Shown here one piece after another: positions 39,523 through 53,269 of a stretch of 64,000 bases of DNA; position 1 is the stretch's first letter; each line of letters opens with the position of its first letter. Under the pieces are notes generated by a model. The model was not told where the DNA came from. It did no database searches and worked only from the letters and a program-made list of their open reading frames with translations. Source of the stretch: Octopus sinensis (lineage: Eukaryota); contig NC_042997.1 of NCBI RefSeq assembly GCF_006345805.1, positions 88,164,001 to 88,228,000 of the forward strand, read 5' to 3'. The position numbers and the translations under genes are program-made.

Positions 39523-39532
39523 CAAATGGAAG
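39523..39532 (-). CDS. Candidate micro-exon (10 nt)
   Basis: aatttttttcag|CTTCCATTTG|gtaaga, near-consensus signals on both sides. Confidence 0.4.
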
Positions 39533-40499
39533 CTGAAAAAATTATCACATTCCTGGTTGACAAAAGAAGTGCAAGCACACACCGATGTTTTGTTTTCTGT
39601 TACCTATGTTACTGTTTTTGTTGTTTGGCCTTTGGTCAACTTTGATTGATCAGATTTATAAATAAAGACACTCTAGCCATGACTATCCCATCTCTTTTGT
39701 ATATCAAGTATAACGTTTTCTGAAGTATCCTTCTTTATTTAAAGTGCCTAAAGTCTCCATCTTCATTTTAAAATAACAATGTCTAATTTTAGATAGATTT
39801 CACTACCATTTCTAGTTGTTTGAGTAACTTCATAGAAGCTCTTTCATTAGCTCCTTGACAGTATGTTATAGTTGTAATTTAATTTTGATGTTAGCTATTA
39901 AATTATAATAGAATATGAAATTAGTGTTCATCTATTATTGACAGGTGTGCAAGAGACCTCATAAATTCAGTAATTAAGACTGGACTGCCAGCTACTTTCA
40001 GGGTTCTTTATTCTCTTACTGTTTCAAGTTATTGGACTGTATCCATATTGGGGCATGACGTTCAAGGAGTTAATTGATTATTTCAACCCCAGTAATTATT
40101 TTTGACTGGTACCTATTTTATCATCTCTATTTGTTGAAGCACTAATATATGAAATATTAAGGGAAGCAACATAGCAGCACTAATTTTCAGGCCAGTGTCT
40201 GTGTGATGTATGTGTTCAGTTTTAAGAATTATTTAAGTATTTACATATGGAAATAAGTATATAATATATTTAAATATTGGAATTTGAGTATTTACATATG
40301 TAAATATTTGCACACTTGAGTATAGATACATACATTTGTATATGAATTCAATTCAAGTAAGTATTAAAGTATAGAATTACACATACAAGTAAGTATAGAT
40401 GTATATCTACATATAGAAACTGAATTTGAATATTTACATTGGTAAATATATTTACAGAGGTCTCTTTTCATGGAGTCTGTGTGAGTTTGGCATGTGGTA

Positions 40500-41090
40500 T
40501 CTCTTGAAAGTGCATGATTTGTGATTGGGGAAGTTAGGGAAGAATTAAAGGTTGTGTCATCTATATAAGGGTTAGTGTTGTTGGATGTGGTAACAAGTAA
40601 GTAATTGATGTATAGGAGGAAGAGAGTCAAAAACATAACAAAATCCTCGGCCATGCTCTATTTGATAGAGTGAGGAACAGAAAAAGCTCTGTCAACACAC
40701 TGCAGCAATAGTGCAACATGACTGGGATCTATGGCCCCGAGGGATTAGAGATAAGTGGAGCCCTTCTGAGAGCAGTTTTGAATAGAAATTGAAATCTTTG
40801 CTAATATCAAGAGTGACAACATTGCTTTCTCCAAATTTCTGCAAGGCAAGAGACCACCAGTAGATGACAGAGGTGTATAGGTCACCAGTATGTTTGCACC
40901 TGAGATCTATGTATGCATGGTGGTGGATCTCAAGAAGATAGAAGTGGAAGAAATTTGACTAGTGTGTGCATTGCAGTGTAGTGCTGGTTGCAAAGTAAAC
41001 AGTAAAGGTTGGGGCTTCCTCTGCAAGTGTACTGCTTGCAGAACTATTGTTTCTGTAAAATAGCAGGAAAGATTCTTGCTACATAGGTGA
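40500..41090 (-). pseudogene. Jockey/CR1-group LINE reverse transcriptase relic
   Basis: TGDLYTSVIYWWSLALQKFGESNVVTLDISKD (like STGDLL...LDISKAFD) and TLFLLYINYLL...PYIDDTTF (like PTLFLLFINDL...YADD). Confidence 0.8.
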
Positions 41091-42261
41091 TAATCCTCTT
41101 GACAAAGGGTCAAAAGGATATACATATACATACACATGCACACACACACGCGCATACATACAAATACATGCATACATACATATAAATAAATAAGTGGTTG
41201 AATATTCCATAGACACATGTGTACTCTTCCATAAATACACTTGTGCCCTTTGAGTTACAAGTGGCCTACATTTTCACTCACAACAAATGGATTAGTCTGA
41301 AGCTATGCTAAGAGGCACTTGTACTATATTATGCTGAGGAATTGAGCCCAAGACCTTAGGATTGTGAAATGAACATCTAAAACCCCTGCCTGCATCCATT
41401 AGTGGTATTATAGTTATGTTACTCATCTAATATTATAATTACTAACTTGAAAATGCCTGCAAAACACTGTCTCTGTAATAGTCATCTAACACATGCTAGT
41501 GTGGAAAACTAAAGGTAAAAAGAACAAACTATATGCATGTGTGTGGCTATGTGTTTAAAAAGTTTGCTTCCCAACCATATAGACACAGCTTTAACTCCAT
41601 TGTGTGATACATTAAGCAAATGTCTTCCACTATAGCTTTGGGCTACTAAGGTATAAGTTTAAATTTAGATGTAGTCCTTGTGTTATACTTCTAAATAGGG
41701 CATATTATTGTTTATATCAGTCAATATAACTGAAGTATAAATACTATATTCTCTTCATAGATTTAACAGTAGAAAGTCTAAAAATGTTTACATATATAAA
41801 TATTCAAATTTATTTATCTAGATATTCTTATTCACTTATTTGTAAATGTCAGTATAAATATTTATGAGTTGAGTTTCATACTAAAGCAATCATCAAGCAA
41901 GAACTTTGTTACTTGGTGTAACTATTATTTTACATCTGTCAGTGTGGGATTCTTCTTTTGTTTATGCCTCTTCATTCTATTCATTGGTCTTTGGATTCTT
42001 TTTCTTATGTTGTTTTTAATAGCTCATTGTCTGTGATATTTGTATCATGGTCTGGTTTCATATGCTGTATTAGTTTGTTTCATTCAGCATGTTTTTGTTT
42101 TTTAAGTTTTCTCTATCTTGTTAGTTGTTCAAATACTATTACAAAAATTTATTTGAAAACTCAGAATTAAGTCACAGCAACAGCAGCACTAACATACATA
42201 AGTCACAGCAACAGCAGCATAACATGCAACAGCAACATTAACATACATTTCTTTAGTTTAC

Positions 42262-42292
42262 TCTGTTGATTTCAAGTCTTGTGACTTGCCTC
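42262..42292 (-). CDS. Candidate micro-exon (31 nt)
   Basis: atacattgcag|GAGGCAAG...CAACAGA|gtaaac; reads (G)GKSQDLKST+GA, in phase with the 42436-42481 exon. Confidence 0.35.
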
Positions 42293-42435
42293 CTGCAATG
42301 TATTTATATCTTGAGTTACTGTATAGTACCTTGGCCTAGTACAATGACACAGTTGTATTGTCATTGATATTACAACTACCATTACTCATTACTCGTTACA
42401 ACCATTACTCATTACCACTACCATTACTCATTCAC

Positions 42436-42481
42436 CTGGTTGTGAGAAATACGTACCAGATTTATTGGAAGTGCAATTTGT
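42436..42481 (-). CDS. Candidate exon (46 nt; internal donor gives a 25-nt form)
   Basis: tttttccttttaag|ACAAATTGC...CAACCAG|gtgaat; reads TNCTSNKSGTYFSQP+G. An internal donor CTG|gtacgt lies at 42456. Confidence 0.4.
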
Positions 42482-43564
42482 CTTAAAAGGAAAAACCTTC
42501 TATAGTGATTAATCATCCGGTTATGATAGTAAGGTCATTTTCCTCCCAGCACTTTGTGAAACTTGCTATGATTCCATCCGTCCACCACTTAGTGTTACTG
42601 GGCTCAGAATCAAACAGCAGTTTCAAAAGCCCCTTGGTTCATGAAAGCATCCTGCACTTCTATTATCATTTATCAACTAACTAAAAGTCTGCTTTTGTTA
42701 TAAGTGAATGTCTTCCTTGGAAATTTCATTTTCATTTAATTTCATTTGTCACTGTTGCCCATTTCATTCTGACATCATCCATGGAAGACATCGGATATCA
42801 ATCTCCGCTCTGAAATTACCAAAGTAGATTAATAGACAGAAATCAGTGGTCCACTGAAATGTAAGACTTGGGATCTGATCTAGAATTTTCCCCAGGCTAT
42901 TGGTAAACTGTTTCTTTAATTCAATAATTAATTTCTGTAATGCAATAAGTTTATCCATGTTATTGTCTCTTGGGTGTTTAGATGCTAGCACCAAAATCCA
43001 AAATACATTTCTGTTTGTGTTTTGAGTTATCAACATCATCATCACTGTCATTGTTATTATTATCATTAAACATAATTATGTTTTTACTTATCATTAAATA
43101 AAATTATTTATTAGAAAAAAACACGCCACCATTTTAAATGCTTATATATTTAAATATTCAAAATTTTAATAGAAGAAAGCAAATGCCTCATTCATGAAGG
43201 CAGAGGAAAGGGGATGGGTGTGTTTTATTTAGTTTTTCTTTCAATTCAGTTCTATTAGCACACTTTTCTGTATTTCTGAAATTTATTCTTATTAAATTAG
43301 TCTACATTGTTTGAATGATTCACCTAATTTTTTTCTGCTTCTATCTATATTGTTTATTTTCGTAGAAATAGTATACCTTTCTCTTTAGCTAATATAATAT
43401 ATTGTTTTACATGTATTTGTGTGTGTGACTGTGTGTGTCTATAATTATAAAAAAAACTTTTCGAATAAATTTTTACCGATAATGTTTTTTTTCTATACTG
43501 AAACTACTTGGTAAAATTTATTAATTATTAAATTGATAATTATTTACCCTATATCTGTAATGAT

Positions 43565-43597
<33 letters not shown>

Positions 43598-44628
43598 CAT
43601 TTAACATCTGATACACACACACACACATGATAACTATTTAACACCCATTTTCGTCTTTGATGTTTGTATGCTTGTATGTTTGACAGGAGCTGGTGAACTA
43701 GAAGGCTGTAGCAAGCTCTACTGTTTTATATATCATCATCATATTCATAACTTAATGTCCATTTTCCATGCTAGTTTCACAAGAGCTGGCAAGTTAGACA
43801 ACTGCATCAAACTCTACTCTCTGCTTTGGTTTGGTTTCTATGGTTGGATGCCCTTCCTAATGCAACCACTTTACAGGGTCTACTAAGTGCTTTTTATGTG
43901 GCACCATAATAGTGAGGTCACTAAATAACTTATAAGGTAAGGCCCCTCAACTGATTGGTGGGTAGTATTGAGGGAGGTGGCTTTGTGTCCCGAGATGAAA
44001 GTTTAGAGTATGAATGGAGGGACAGAAATGGGTGTCTTGCAGTAAAGGAGATACTTGGCTACTTCAATAGGAGAAAGAGGAGGGAAAGAGAAGGAAGAGG
44101 TGAGGAAGGTGAAGATATGACAGAGGTAGGGTATATTCAAGTTACAGGGAAGTGTATATAACTGAAGTGGTACAGAGGATTGGATAGGGTGAGTTTATGA
44201 GATTTGGAAAGGAGAGTGGACAGCAAAACAGAGGGAATGTAGTAAATAGACACAACCAGAGGGAGAGGGTGTTAGGAAGATATGTCGTTGGGGGAAGGGA
44301 TTCAGCAGTGACAAATTGTGTACAGGTAGGTTTGCAAGGGTGTGAAGGGAAAGTGGGAGATAGAGGGGATGAGGACACAGCAAGTGGTGAGCTTCGGTGG
44401 CGGGAATAGAAGAGGTATTAGGAAGATGGGTTGTGGGGAAGAGGTGTGTCAGTGACAGAGTGTATGCGGAGGCATGGACATAAACATATAATATGTATGT
44501 GTATGGGGAGAAAATGAGCTTAATGAAGCATTCATCAGATGGATGGATCTCTTTATAAATTACTGTTATAATAAACAAGGTCACAACATGTTGAGTACTT
44601 TTCCTTTTGTTCATGAAAAGCATTTGCA

Positions 44629-44671
<43 letters not shown>

Positions 44672-44694
44672 TATTATTATTATTATTATTACTG

Positions 44695-44905
44695 GAGGTG
44701 GCGAGCTGGCAGAATCGTTAGCATGCTAGACAAAATGCTTAGTGGTATTTCACTCATTGCTATGTTCTGAGTTTAAATTCCGCTGAGGTTGACTTTGCCT
44801 TTCATCCTTTCAGGGTATATATATTAAGTACCAGTTGAGTACTGGAGTTGATATAATCGACTTAGCCCTCCCCCAAATTTCAGGCCTTGTGCCTATACTA
44901 GAAAA
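44695..44905 (+). mobile_element. SINE family B; other copies at about 4375, 31172-31380, 45125-45300, 50217-50430 and 61850-62030
   Basis: ggcgagctggcagaatcgttagc...ctgagttcaaattcc...ctttcatcctttc...aagtaccagttgag...ggccttgtgcc, repeated in all copies. Confidence 0.9.
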
Positions 44906-46800
44906 GATTATCATTATTTTCAATGAAGATGTTGCACAGTATCCAATATCATGTTGTTGTGGATTGAAGATATGTGTATGGGAGATTTGTACTGAATGTT
45001 AAGTCATAACAACTTCAGACAGACAATACTTTATGCAATATGCCTGCAGTTCCAAGTAAAGCTAACTTTTGCTATACACTTAGGTCGTAGGGTATTATTA
45101 TTATTTATTATTGCTATTATTATTAAACTGGCAGAATCATTAGCAAGCCAGACAAAATACTTAGCAATATTTCATTTATTTTTACATTCTGGGTTCAAAT
45201 TTCACCAAGGTCAACTTTGCATTTTATCTTTTCAGGGATGATGTAATATGTACCAGTTGAGCACTGGGGGGTCAATGTAATCAGCCTACCTGCTTACAGG
45301 CCCCCAAAATTATAGTAGTGTCTGTGTTTGCTTTTAAAATGCATATATTAATTCTAAAACTAGGTTACATGAATTTTCAAGAGTTTACAAGTACTTTAAG
45401 ATTTTAATCTCCCCAGTTAATGGAAAAAATTTTTATAAATCACACCATTGATTTTTTAAATAGTTTACCTTTCAAAATCATTAAATATGATTGTAAGATG
45501 AAGGAGGTGGACTACTAATTAATCAGTCATATATTCAGACCACATCATTAACATTGTGCTATCCCTTTAATGAAAGAATACCTATGGGTTCATTCATCCA
45601 AATCTCTATAACTCAATTAGAATGAATATTTATCTTTTATCTTTTACTTGTTTCAGTCATTTGACTGCAGCCATGCTGAAACACCACCTTGAATGGTTTT
45701 AGTAAAATAAATTGACCCCAGGACTTCCATTTATTTTCTAAGTCTGACATTTATTCTATTTGTGTCTTTTGCTGAGCCACTATGTTACAGGGGCTACAGT
45801 AGAAGACATTTACCCAAGGTGCCATGCAGTGGAACTGAACCCGGAACTATGTGGTTGGTAAGTAAGCTTCTTACCACACAACCACACCTGTGCCTATATG
45901 CACCTAAATTTGAGGAAAATTTGTAAAATAGTTAAGTTAGGTGATGACTTGCTTGGTCATTAATTATGGTACAGAGATTGCTTTTAAAATTTAACTTTAC
46001 TGCTTTTGTTACCACATTTCTGTTGAAATACACTATTTTTCTTTCAGTTTAGTTGGAAAATAACAATGAATTTAGTAAAAAAATAACTTTGTCATTATTA
46101 AGCTGGTGTTTAAACAAATTAATTAACATGAAATTTTAATTTAGATCACTTTAAAACAGGTTGTTTAAGCCATAGGCTCAAGGGCAGTCTTGGGCAAGTT
46201 GGTATCAAAAGGGTTAGGTATGTGTAGTTAAGAAGTTTCCTTCACAACTATGTTGTTTTGGGTGCACAGTACTCCAGAAATGTGTCTTCTGTCATAGTTT
46301 ACATGTGTCAAAGCTTGGTGAGTGGAATTTGGGAAATGGAATTGGTTGCCAAACAATGAGATTGTTTCTGTTCTTAGATAGTAGACTTAGTATGTCACCC
46401 TGTTTAACATCACTACTTGACTGATGAATACTTTTAGTAGCATATACTTTGTTGCAACCATTCAGGCCAAGTCCTCAGTCTGGAAGGTTCTGAAAAGGCT
46501 TTAGGTGCTGCCTTTCCTCCTTTGAATGACTCATGAAAGAGAATTTAACTATTTAGCATTCAGAATACTTTGACAAATGCGATGATTATTTATTCACATT
46601 GTTTTGAATTAATTCCGCTATCTTGTAGCCTTGAGATTTCAATGATGTAATTGTTTATTTTTAGAATAATATTCTAAGGTGAGTTGGATCTAGTCAGTTT
46701 GCATGTAAAACAGGTAGAATATTTTGGGCTGAATATGGTCAGTTTAAATGTTAAAGGATTAATTTATATGATAAATTTTCAATCCCAATTAATAGTTTAC

Positions 46801-46827
46801 TGCAACAACCTAAGACATCCCTTTTAG
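46801..46827 (-). CDS. Candidate micro-exon (27 nt)
   Basis: ttttttttcttttttaag|CTAAAAGGGATGTCTTAGGTTGTTGCA|gtaaac; only phase 1 to 1 is open (xKRDVLGCC). Confidence 0.4.
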
Positions 46828-48180
46828 CTTAAAAAAGAAAAAAAAACACTGCTGCATATTTAGTCTCATTCCTATGTTAGATATGACTAAATAATTTCTG
46901 TAAATTTTTTTGTAAAAGTAATTGCATAACAGTTCCAACAAACCTCTAAACTTCTAGAGACATTCAACCCATGCAGGAATTGTAAACTAATTATTTTATT
47001 CAATTGAAATTAGATATTCTATTGTTCATTAAAAAGGACAATAGTATTTTTATCGAGATAATGTATGGAAAATACAAAAATGAAAAAAGAAATTAAATCT
47101 GATTTAGAAAGCTTTCAACTTAGAAAGCACCATCTGAAAACCTAGTCTTTTATAAATAGGTGACCTGTATTCTTTAAAATGGAATGATATCAGAAGCAGT
47201 TATTGATTGATAAAGAAATATATTAACATTTAACAGAGCAGTAATACCTGTAATATGAGATAGAGTATTGTGATATTTTTAAAATACAAGTCAAGCATTT
47301 GTGTAACTGTTATTATTATTTGACCTCAAGTCAGTCTTGATTAAACAAATGGACTTGTGCTCAAAGGCATTTCAACCATGTCCAACCAATCTTATTTTCT
47401 TTTCTCTGGTATACTGTATTTAGGATTCTATATATTCCAATGTGCCTTTTTTTAAGATGATAGATTAAGATTTGAGGGAATTTGGCTGTTGTTTCTAACA
47501 AGTTGAAGAATCACAGACTCCTTTGTTGGTTGATTTGAGAGTCTATAGTACCTGTGTAAATTTAAAGTAATTAAAAAGTTATTCAGTATTGACTTTAAGC
47601 ATGTTAAATTATGATGGAGGTACTAATCAATTCATTAGAATTTAAAAAATGGTATTTATTTACTCCTCACATGTGTGCATAATTGCTGTCAGTGATCTGA
47701 ATTGTTTAATGAGAATAGCAGTTGCGATTTTCATGTCATTCCCAGGTACATCAGGGGAACACATAAAATGAAAGAGCTACAGTCAGAAACCTAAGCCATG
47801 ATGCAGACTGTTAACTGAGATTTTACTGCCTACATTAAGCTACTAATGGGCTGAGAAGCTCACTAGTTTGTATCTCAATGTAAGGCAGAAAATTTATAAC
47901 CTCACACAGAACCCAGAGTCTGTAAAAACTAGTGGCAATCTGCTTCAACAAAAACATTCTGCCTGCATCTTGTCAGGGTTATGCAAAACTAGTAACAGGC
48001 CCAAGCCAGATATGAAATATAGGCTTCATTTCAAATGATAACAAGCTCAGACTAGGTGTAAAATGTAGGCCCAATTTCATATTACTCATGAAATATTTCA
48101 GTAATCAGTGTTAAATACATACATGTGTGTATAATGTACAAAATAGGACAAAAATGTATTATAAATAGGTAATTCTTTAC

Positions 48181-48204
48181 CAAAGGTTCCTCTTCCCTTT
48201 GTTT
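48181..48204 (-). CDS. Candidate micro-exon (24 nt)
   Basis: cttctttattagtcag|AAACAAAGGGAAGAGGAACCTTTG|gtaaag; all three frames are open. Confidence 0.35.
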
Positions 48205-50470
48205 CTGACTAATAAAGAAGACTTTCTTAAAGATATAAGATCATAACAAATGTGTTTGCATTCTGTGAACCATCAGAATTCTCATTTCCCACAACATACA
48301 AAATTCTACTTTTCAAACCTGATGTATCATAATTTGACATTTTTTTTTTTTTTACTTTTGTTTTTCTCTTTTAACCTTTTGCATCCATTTTTAAAGACAG
48401 TTTACCAAAAGCGATAAAATTGGAAAATTCTCTCCACTCCTAGTATCTTGCCAATTTCAATGGTAGAAATTTCAAACAAAATAAAGATCCTTGTATGTTG
48501 GAACACTGCTCCCAAAATTTCAGACTAATTGTAGTTCTTTTCTATGTTAACCCTGACATTGTGGGAAAGAAATGAGATGAGAAAAATAATTGCTCCACAA
48601 TATGAGCAGCTACACAACTGGTACCAACACAAGAAGAATACAGAATATAGTTTTAAATTACTGAACCCTTTTGATACCAATGTGTTTGAAACTCCCTCTG
48701 GTCCTATGAAAATAAGACCTATCATTTTAAAGTGTTTGTAATTAATTCAAAAGTGCCCATCATAATTTTATGGAAGAATATCATGTGTTCTGCTTAAATA
48801 AGTTAGTTATTTTATGAAAATTCCTTTAAATTCTATTAATTTCAAAATTAACTGAAGTATATAGTGAGTTTCATTAGAAATATGGTTTGTAAAAGATTAA
48901 ACATGCCTGCTCACATTCTGAGAATATTCATGTTTACTCAGTTGTCTTACCTTCTAGTTACTCTACTTGCCTTTCTCTAGAGATAATCAGATAAGTTTTA
49001 ATATCAGCTTCTGATTTTTGACTTGTTACTAACTTTCTGCATTTTAGAGGTGAGGAAGTAGGAAATTGTGATATTCATGCATTACTAATAAGCACTAGAA
49101 GTGTGAGTAAATTAAAATGGCTTCAAACCAGAATCAGAATCAAATTCTGAACTCCACAGTTTTGCTACAGTCAAGTTTAATATCACAGCCTGCATTGGAA
49201 TACTCTGCATTGTAATTCTTTTATACACTCAAAATTGTAATTCTTCTACACTGTGTTCACTGCAGTAAAAGAAATATCATGATGATGATTTTCTAGTTTA
49301 ATTAATATCATTCTACAACTACATCTCTGCTATATATAATTCATAATCAAAGCAGTAACCATATTCTAAATTTTATCTTTACTATGCATTGATTCAGTCG
49401 CTAATATTTTGGTAAGGTATAGCTTGATTATACATCTACTGAAGATCTAAGTGAGAATAAAGAATCCATATTTATTTCTTGTAGTTGCAAAAGAAAAATA
49501 TTAATATATTTTATTTTTTCACAACATATTTGATCTTGATATAGCACTGTTGATTTTTAATGCTGTAAATGTAAAAAGTAGCATTTATCATTTATATGAC
49601 ACCTAATAATTGTCTAATTTCTAAACACTTCTCTTTCTATTTTGCATACATAGGTATGCATTTCTGTGTATTTATTTAGTAATTTAACCCTGAATATTTC
49701 AGCTGGTACAGTGTAATTATACTTTTAGTGAAAACCCCAAGCACGAGTAAAATACACATAGTTATTTTTCATACTTACCACTAAAAAAAGTATCTGCAAT
49801 CAATATTGTTTTTCTTCACATATTTGATCTTGAACAATTTTTAATGTTCTAAACATTAAAATAACTTTCATCCATTAGACTATAAAAGCAGCTTACCTTT
49901 GCATTGCAGGTATTATTACTACCATCAATGTAATATTACTGTACACAGTATTGCAACTCTGCTGTACAGATGTCTTCAAAATGAAACACCACAGTTTATT
50001 TGTGATTTATCATGCTAATATGACAGTCATTAAAATAATGATTTCCTCACAACATCCTACATTGTATATTTGATACACGATATAGACACTACAACAGCTG
50101 CCTCTTCTCAGTTCTTAACTAGAATCAGCTTAAAAATTAGACTTTCAAAGCAAAATTATACAAGCACCTCAGTAAATATTGAGGTATTAGAACCTATATT
50201 GCTCACAATATCATAGAGGTGGCAAGTTGGCAGAATTGTTATCATGTCAGGCCAAATGCTTTGCGGCATTTTGTCCATCCTTATGTTCTGAGTTCAAATT
50301 CCACTAAAGTTGACTTTACCTTTCATCCTTTCGGCGTCAATAAAATAAGTACCAGTTGAGGAGTAGGGTCAATGTAATCAACTTAGCCCCTCCTCCAAAG
50401 TTGCTGGCCTTGTGCCAAAATTTGAAACCAGTAATCACAAACATTTAAACTTTTCTTGATGCATCAATAC

Positions 50471-50516
50471 TTATTTCCCCATGGTATACGAGCTCTGGTT
50501 TTATGACATTTAACAA
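50471..50516 (-). CDS. Candidate downstream exon (46 nt)
   Basis: aattctaccag|...GAAATAA|gtattg; reads LLNVIKPELVYHGEI+A. The join to exon 8 is unresolved. Confidence 0.35.
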
Positions 50517-52587
50517 CTGGTAGAATTCTAGTCTACCATGGATAACATTTTCAAATTAACTTGGAGCCTAAACAAAGTAGAATGATATTCAATACAGAAA
50601 CAATGAAATATCTCCATAAGATTTGAACTTACAATCTATAAACAAGTTGTCCAATACTTTATCCACTCAACTATTAATTCTCAAGATAGTATAGATGAAA
50701 TATTTTCTCAAATCCTACAAGCCAAAAGTTCTAAATTTTGATGAGATAGTAAAAGGAGATGAGGTACAAGGCTATGAGTTCACACTTTCATAAGACTTAA
50801 TTTTACATTGACTCAGTTTATCAGGTCTCTGAGATAAACTGATACTCTATTTTGGCAGGGATTTCACTCTCATCTGCTTACCACAACTATGAATAAAAAC
50901 TAGAATCCAAGTAAACTAGCGATACTATGCACTGGCTAAAACCATTTGAATGTCATGGGGAGATAAGTACTAATGTTTCCAGAAAAAGCTCTTTACCAAG
51001 AAAAAAATATTTTTTAAATGTTTATATTAGCAATGGTGTTTAGATTTTAATATGTCTCTATTTATATAACTGAATTGTTTATGTGAAAATTCAATTGACA
51101 ATTCGATTTTTTAGCTATACACCTTGACAATTCAATTTGTTAGCTAGTTTTACTCATAAATTTTCAAAACACTACATTACATGCCCTATAACTCCTTAAA
51201 ATATGTAAATATTTATCTAAACAACCCCATGTGAATCACAAATGGAATAGCAATTTTTTGGTTTACTCAAGTTGACTTTATAGATCTTTATTAAAAAGAT
51301 TTTTATGAATTATGTATCTGTTATCCCTTTCAAGCAGTCATATAAAATAGCTAAATAGAATGAAAAAATGTGTCAGTTAATCAATCAAATTAATTAGTAA
51401 AATTTACAATTTATTATTAAAATTCACTGCTTCACTAATGTGAGAAAAATAGAACTTTGTCTGTCTATTTTCTTGAAGTACTTGGCAAGTAACTGGTTTC
51501 TATCTGTTAAAGAAATGAAGTAATATCCCTTAAATTTTTTGCTGAAGTTCCTGAGTTAATGTTTACCTAACATGGCAAAGAAAGATAGGGACACAATGTG
51601 TATACCAAGCTAAATATCATAAAGGTAAATTTGATATTTTGTTCATAAAATAAATTAATTAGAAATGTTTATAAGTAAATTAGCAATGTTTATATGATGC
51701 TTACAAATAAAGCAGAAAATAAGAAATAGATTCAGATATAGTTACAAAAAGAACAGCACAGTGTAGTAATGGTTTCTAATTTAGACACAAGGCCATCTAA
51801 AGTATGGTATTACAGCAACCATGCAGCATACTTTAGCAAAGGTAGGCCCTACTGATTACTCACTCAATCTTATGCTATATTTGTTGTTATAGTTATTGAG
51901 CCACAGGTCAGCAGTGGCTAAGCAAACCTATAATCAAAGACATTCTAATCATGACCAACTCATCTTTTAGTCAATGTATCTAAGACAAAATTATCTAATG
52001 TGTTCTACATTATTTTAAAGACTGTTGGTTGTAACTTGAGGGAGATCTAGCTGTTGTTTCTAGCAGGTTAAAAAATTACATAGATGTCTTGTCAGCTGGT
52101 TGTAGAACCCAAATTAAGTAAAGATATTTTACAATTGGTTACTTAAACACCAATTTAATAAGTTAGAATAAATTATTAAGATATTGTCTACTTAAAACTA
52201 ATAAATTTATTAAATTTATTAAATGACTTTTCAGGACATATGATGCACACTACTAATACGCCCCAAAAAGAGTTATCTCTCAATAGATAAATAATATCAA
52301 TGTATTCATTCACATAGTAATAAAACAAAGATAGTAATAATACGTGAAAACCTATCAAGTGTTGGAACATCTTTATATAGACAAACTTTGTACTATTTTA
52401 TGTGAATAAATATGTAAACACAAATATATTTTTGTGTACATGTGACTAAATTCATGATTGCAACCAATTGCTTATTGATTTTTATACAGCTACAAACAAC
52501 TTGAATTTAGTGGAATGATGCCAAAAATAGGGAATCTTTAACTCTGTTACAAAGAAGATAATTCAAAAATTTATATCCCAAGTTTAC

Positions 52588-52650
52588 GTGTCAGTAGAAA
52601 ATTCTACAACTATATTAGTTTGAAATAGAGGATGCTCTCCAACTGTATTT
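52588..52650 (-). CDS. Predicted exon 8 (63 nt)
   Basis: ctgattccag|AAATACAG...CTGACAC|gtaaac; reads (E)NTVGEHPLFQTNIVVEFSTD+AC, phase 2 to 2, in frame with exon 7. Confidence 0.55.
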
Positions 52651-53219
52651 CTGGAATCAGTTACTGAAACATCATCATCATTATTTAACGTCCAATTTTC
52701 CATGGGTTGGATGGAGTTTGTTTGAAGCAGATTTTCTGTGTCCAGATACCCTTCCTGTCACCAACCCTCACTTCTTTTCAAGCAAGGTAATATTTCCCTA
52801 TGGCCAGACATGTTCTCACAGAATATTGGAAATGATGATGCTTGTATGTCAGTGACAATCATTTACAACTATCATGCCATGTCAAGACAAGGAGACAAAA
52901 ACACACACATGCAGCAAGATTCTTTCAGCTTCTGTCTACCAAATCCACTCACAAGGCTTTTGGTCAGCTTGGAGACACTCACCCAAGATTCCACACAGTG
53001 TGACTGGGAAGCAAACTTCCTAACACACAGCCAGACCTGATAGAAAAACATTATAAGACAGAACTAGAATATTTCAGAATAAACTGAGGAATTCTTCATT
53101 GAACCATTCATAATAATTAATCACAATTAGTTTATTTATCTGTCTCATCCCACTAAATTGTATAGGAGTATTTGTAAGCATTTAATTATTGTTCCTTGCA
53201 TCCAATCACAACTTTTCAC

Positions 53220-53269
53220 TCATCTTTTATAGATGCTGAAAAAGTTATGTATATTGGATTCATATCATT
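53220..53269 (-). CDS. Predicted exon 7 (50 nt)
   Basis: ctgacctccaagatag|AATGAT...AAAGATGA|gtgaaa; reads NDMNPIYITFSASIKD+GA, phase 0 to 2. The acceptor is weak. Confidence 0.5.

Noticed and set aside
39087-39536. 149-aa plus ORF
   Set aside because: It runs through an antisense SINE and GA/GAA repeats.
42764-43066. 100-aa minus ORF with a few CpGs
   Set aside because: It starts in an ATC/AAT repeat, has no recognisable motif and allows several conflicting splice readings on both strands.
51565-51590. Zero-length AG|GT (recursive-splice-like) site on -; similar sites on + at about 14510 and 16050
   Set aside because: They occur on both strands and are expected by chance; not supportable without nascent RNA data.
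52188-52370. 60-aa minus ORF with a signal-peptide-like start (MFQHLIGFHVLLLSLF...)
   Set aside because: No phase-compatible link to exon 8; AT-rich DNA readily yields such hydrophobic ORFs. Left unassigned.
52470-52543. Strong minus acceptor tatcttctttgtaacag|AG (LKIPYFWHHSTK...)
   Set aside because: It lies only about 44 nt from exon 8's donor, too close for a normal intron, and has no good donor of its own.
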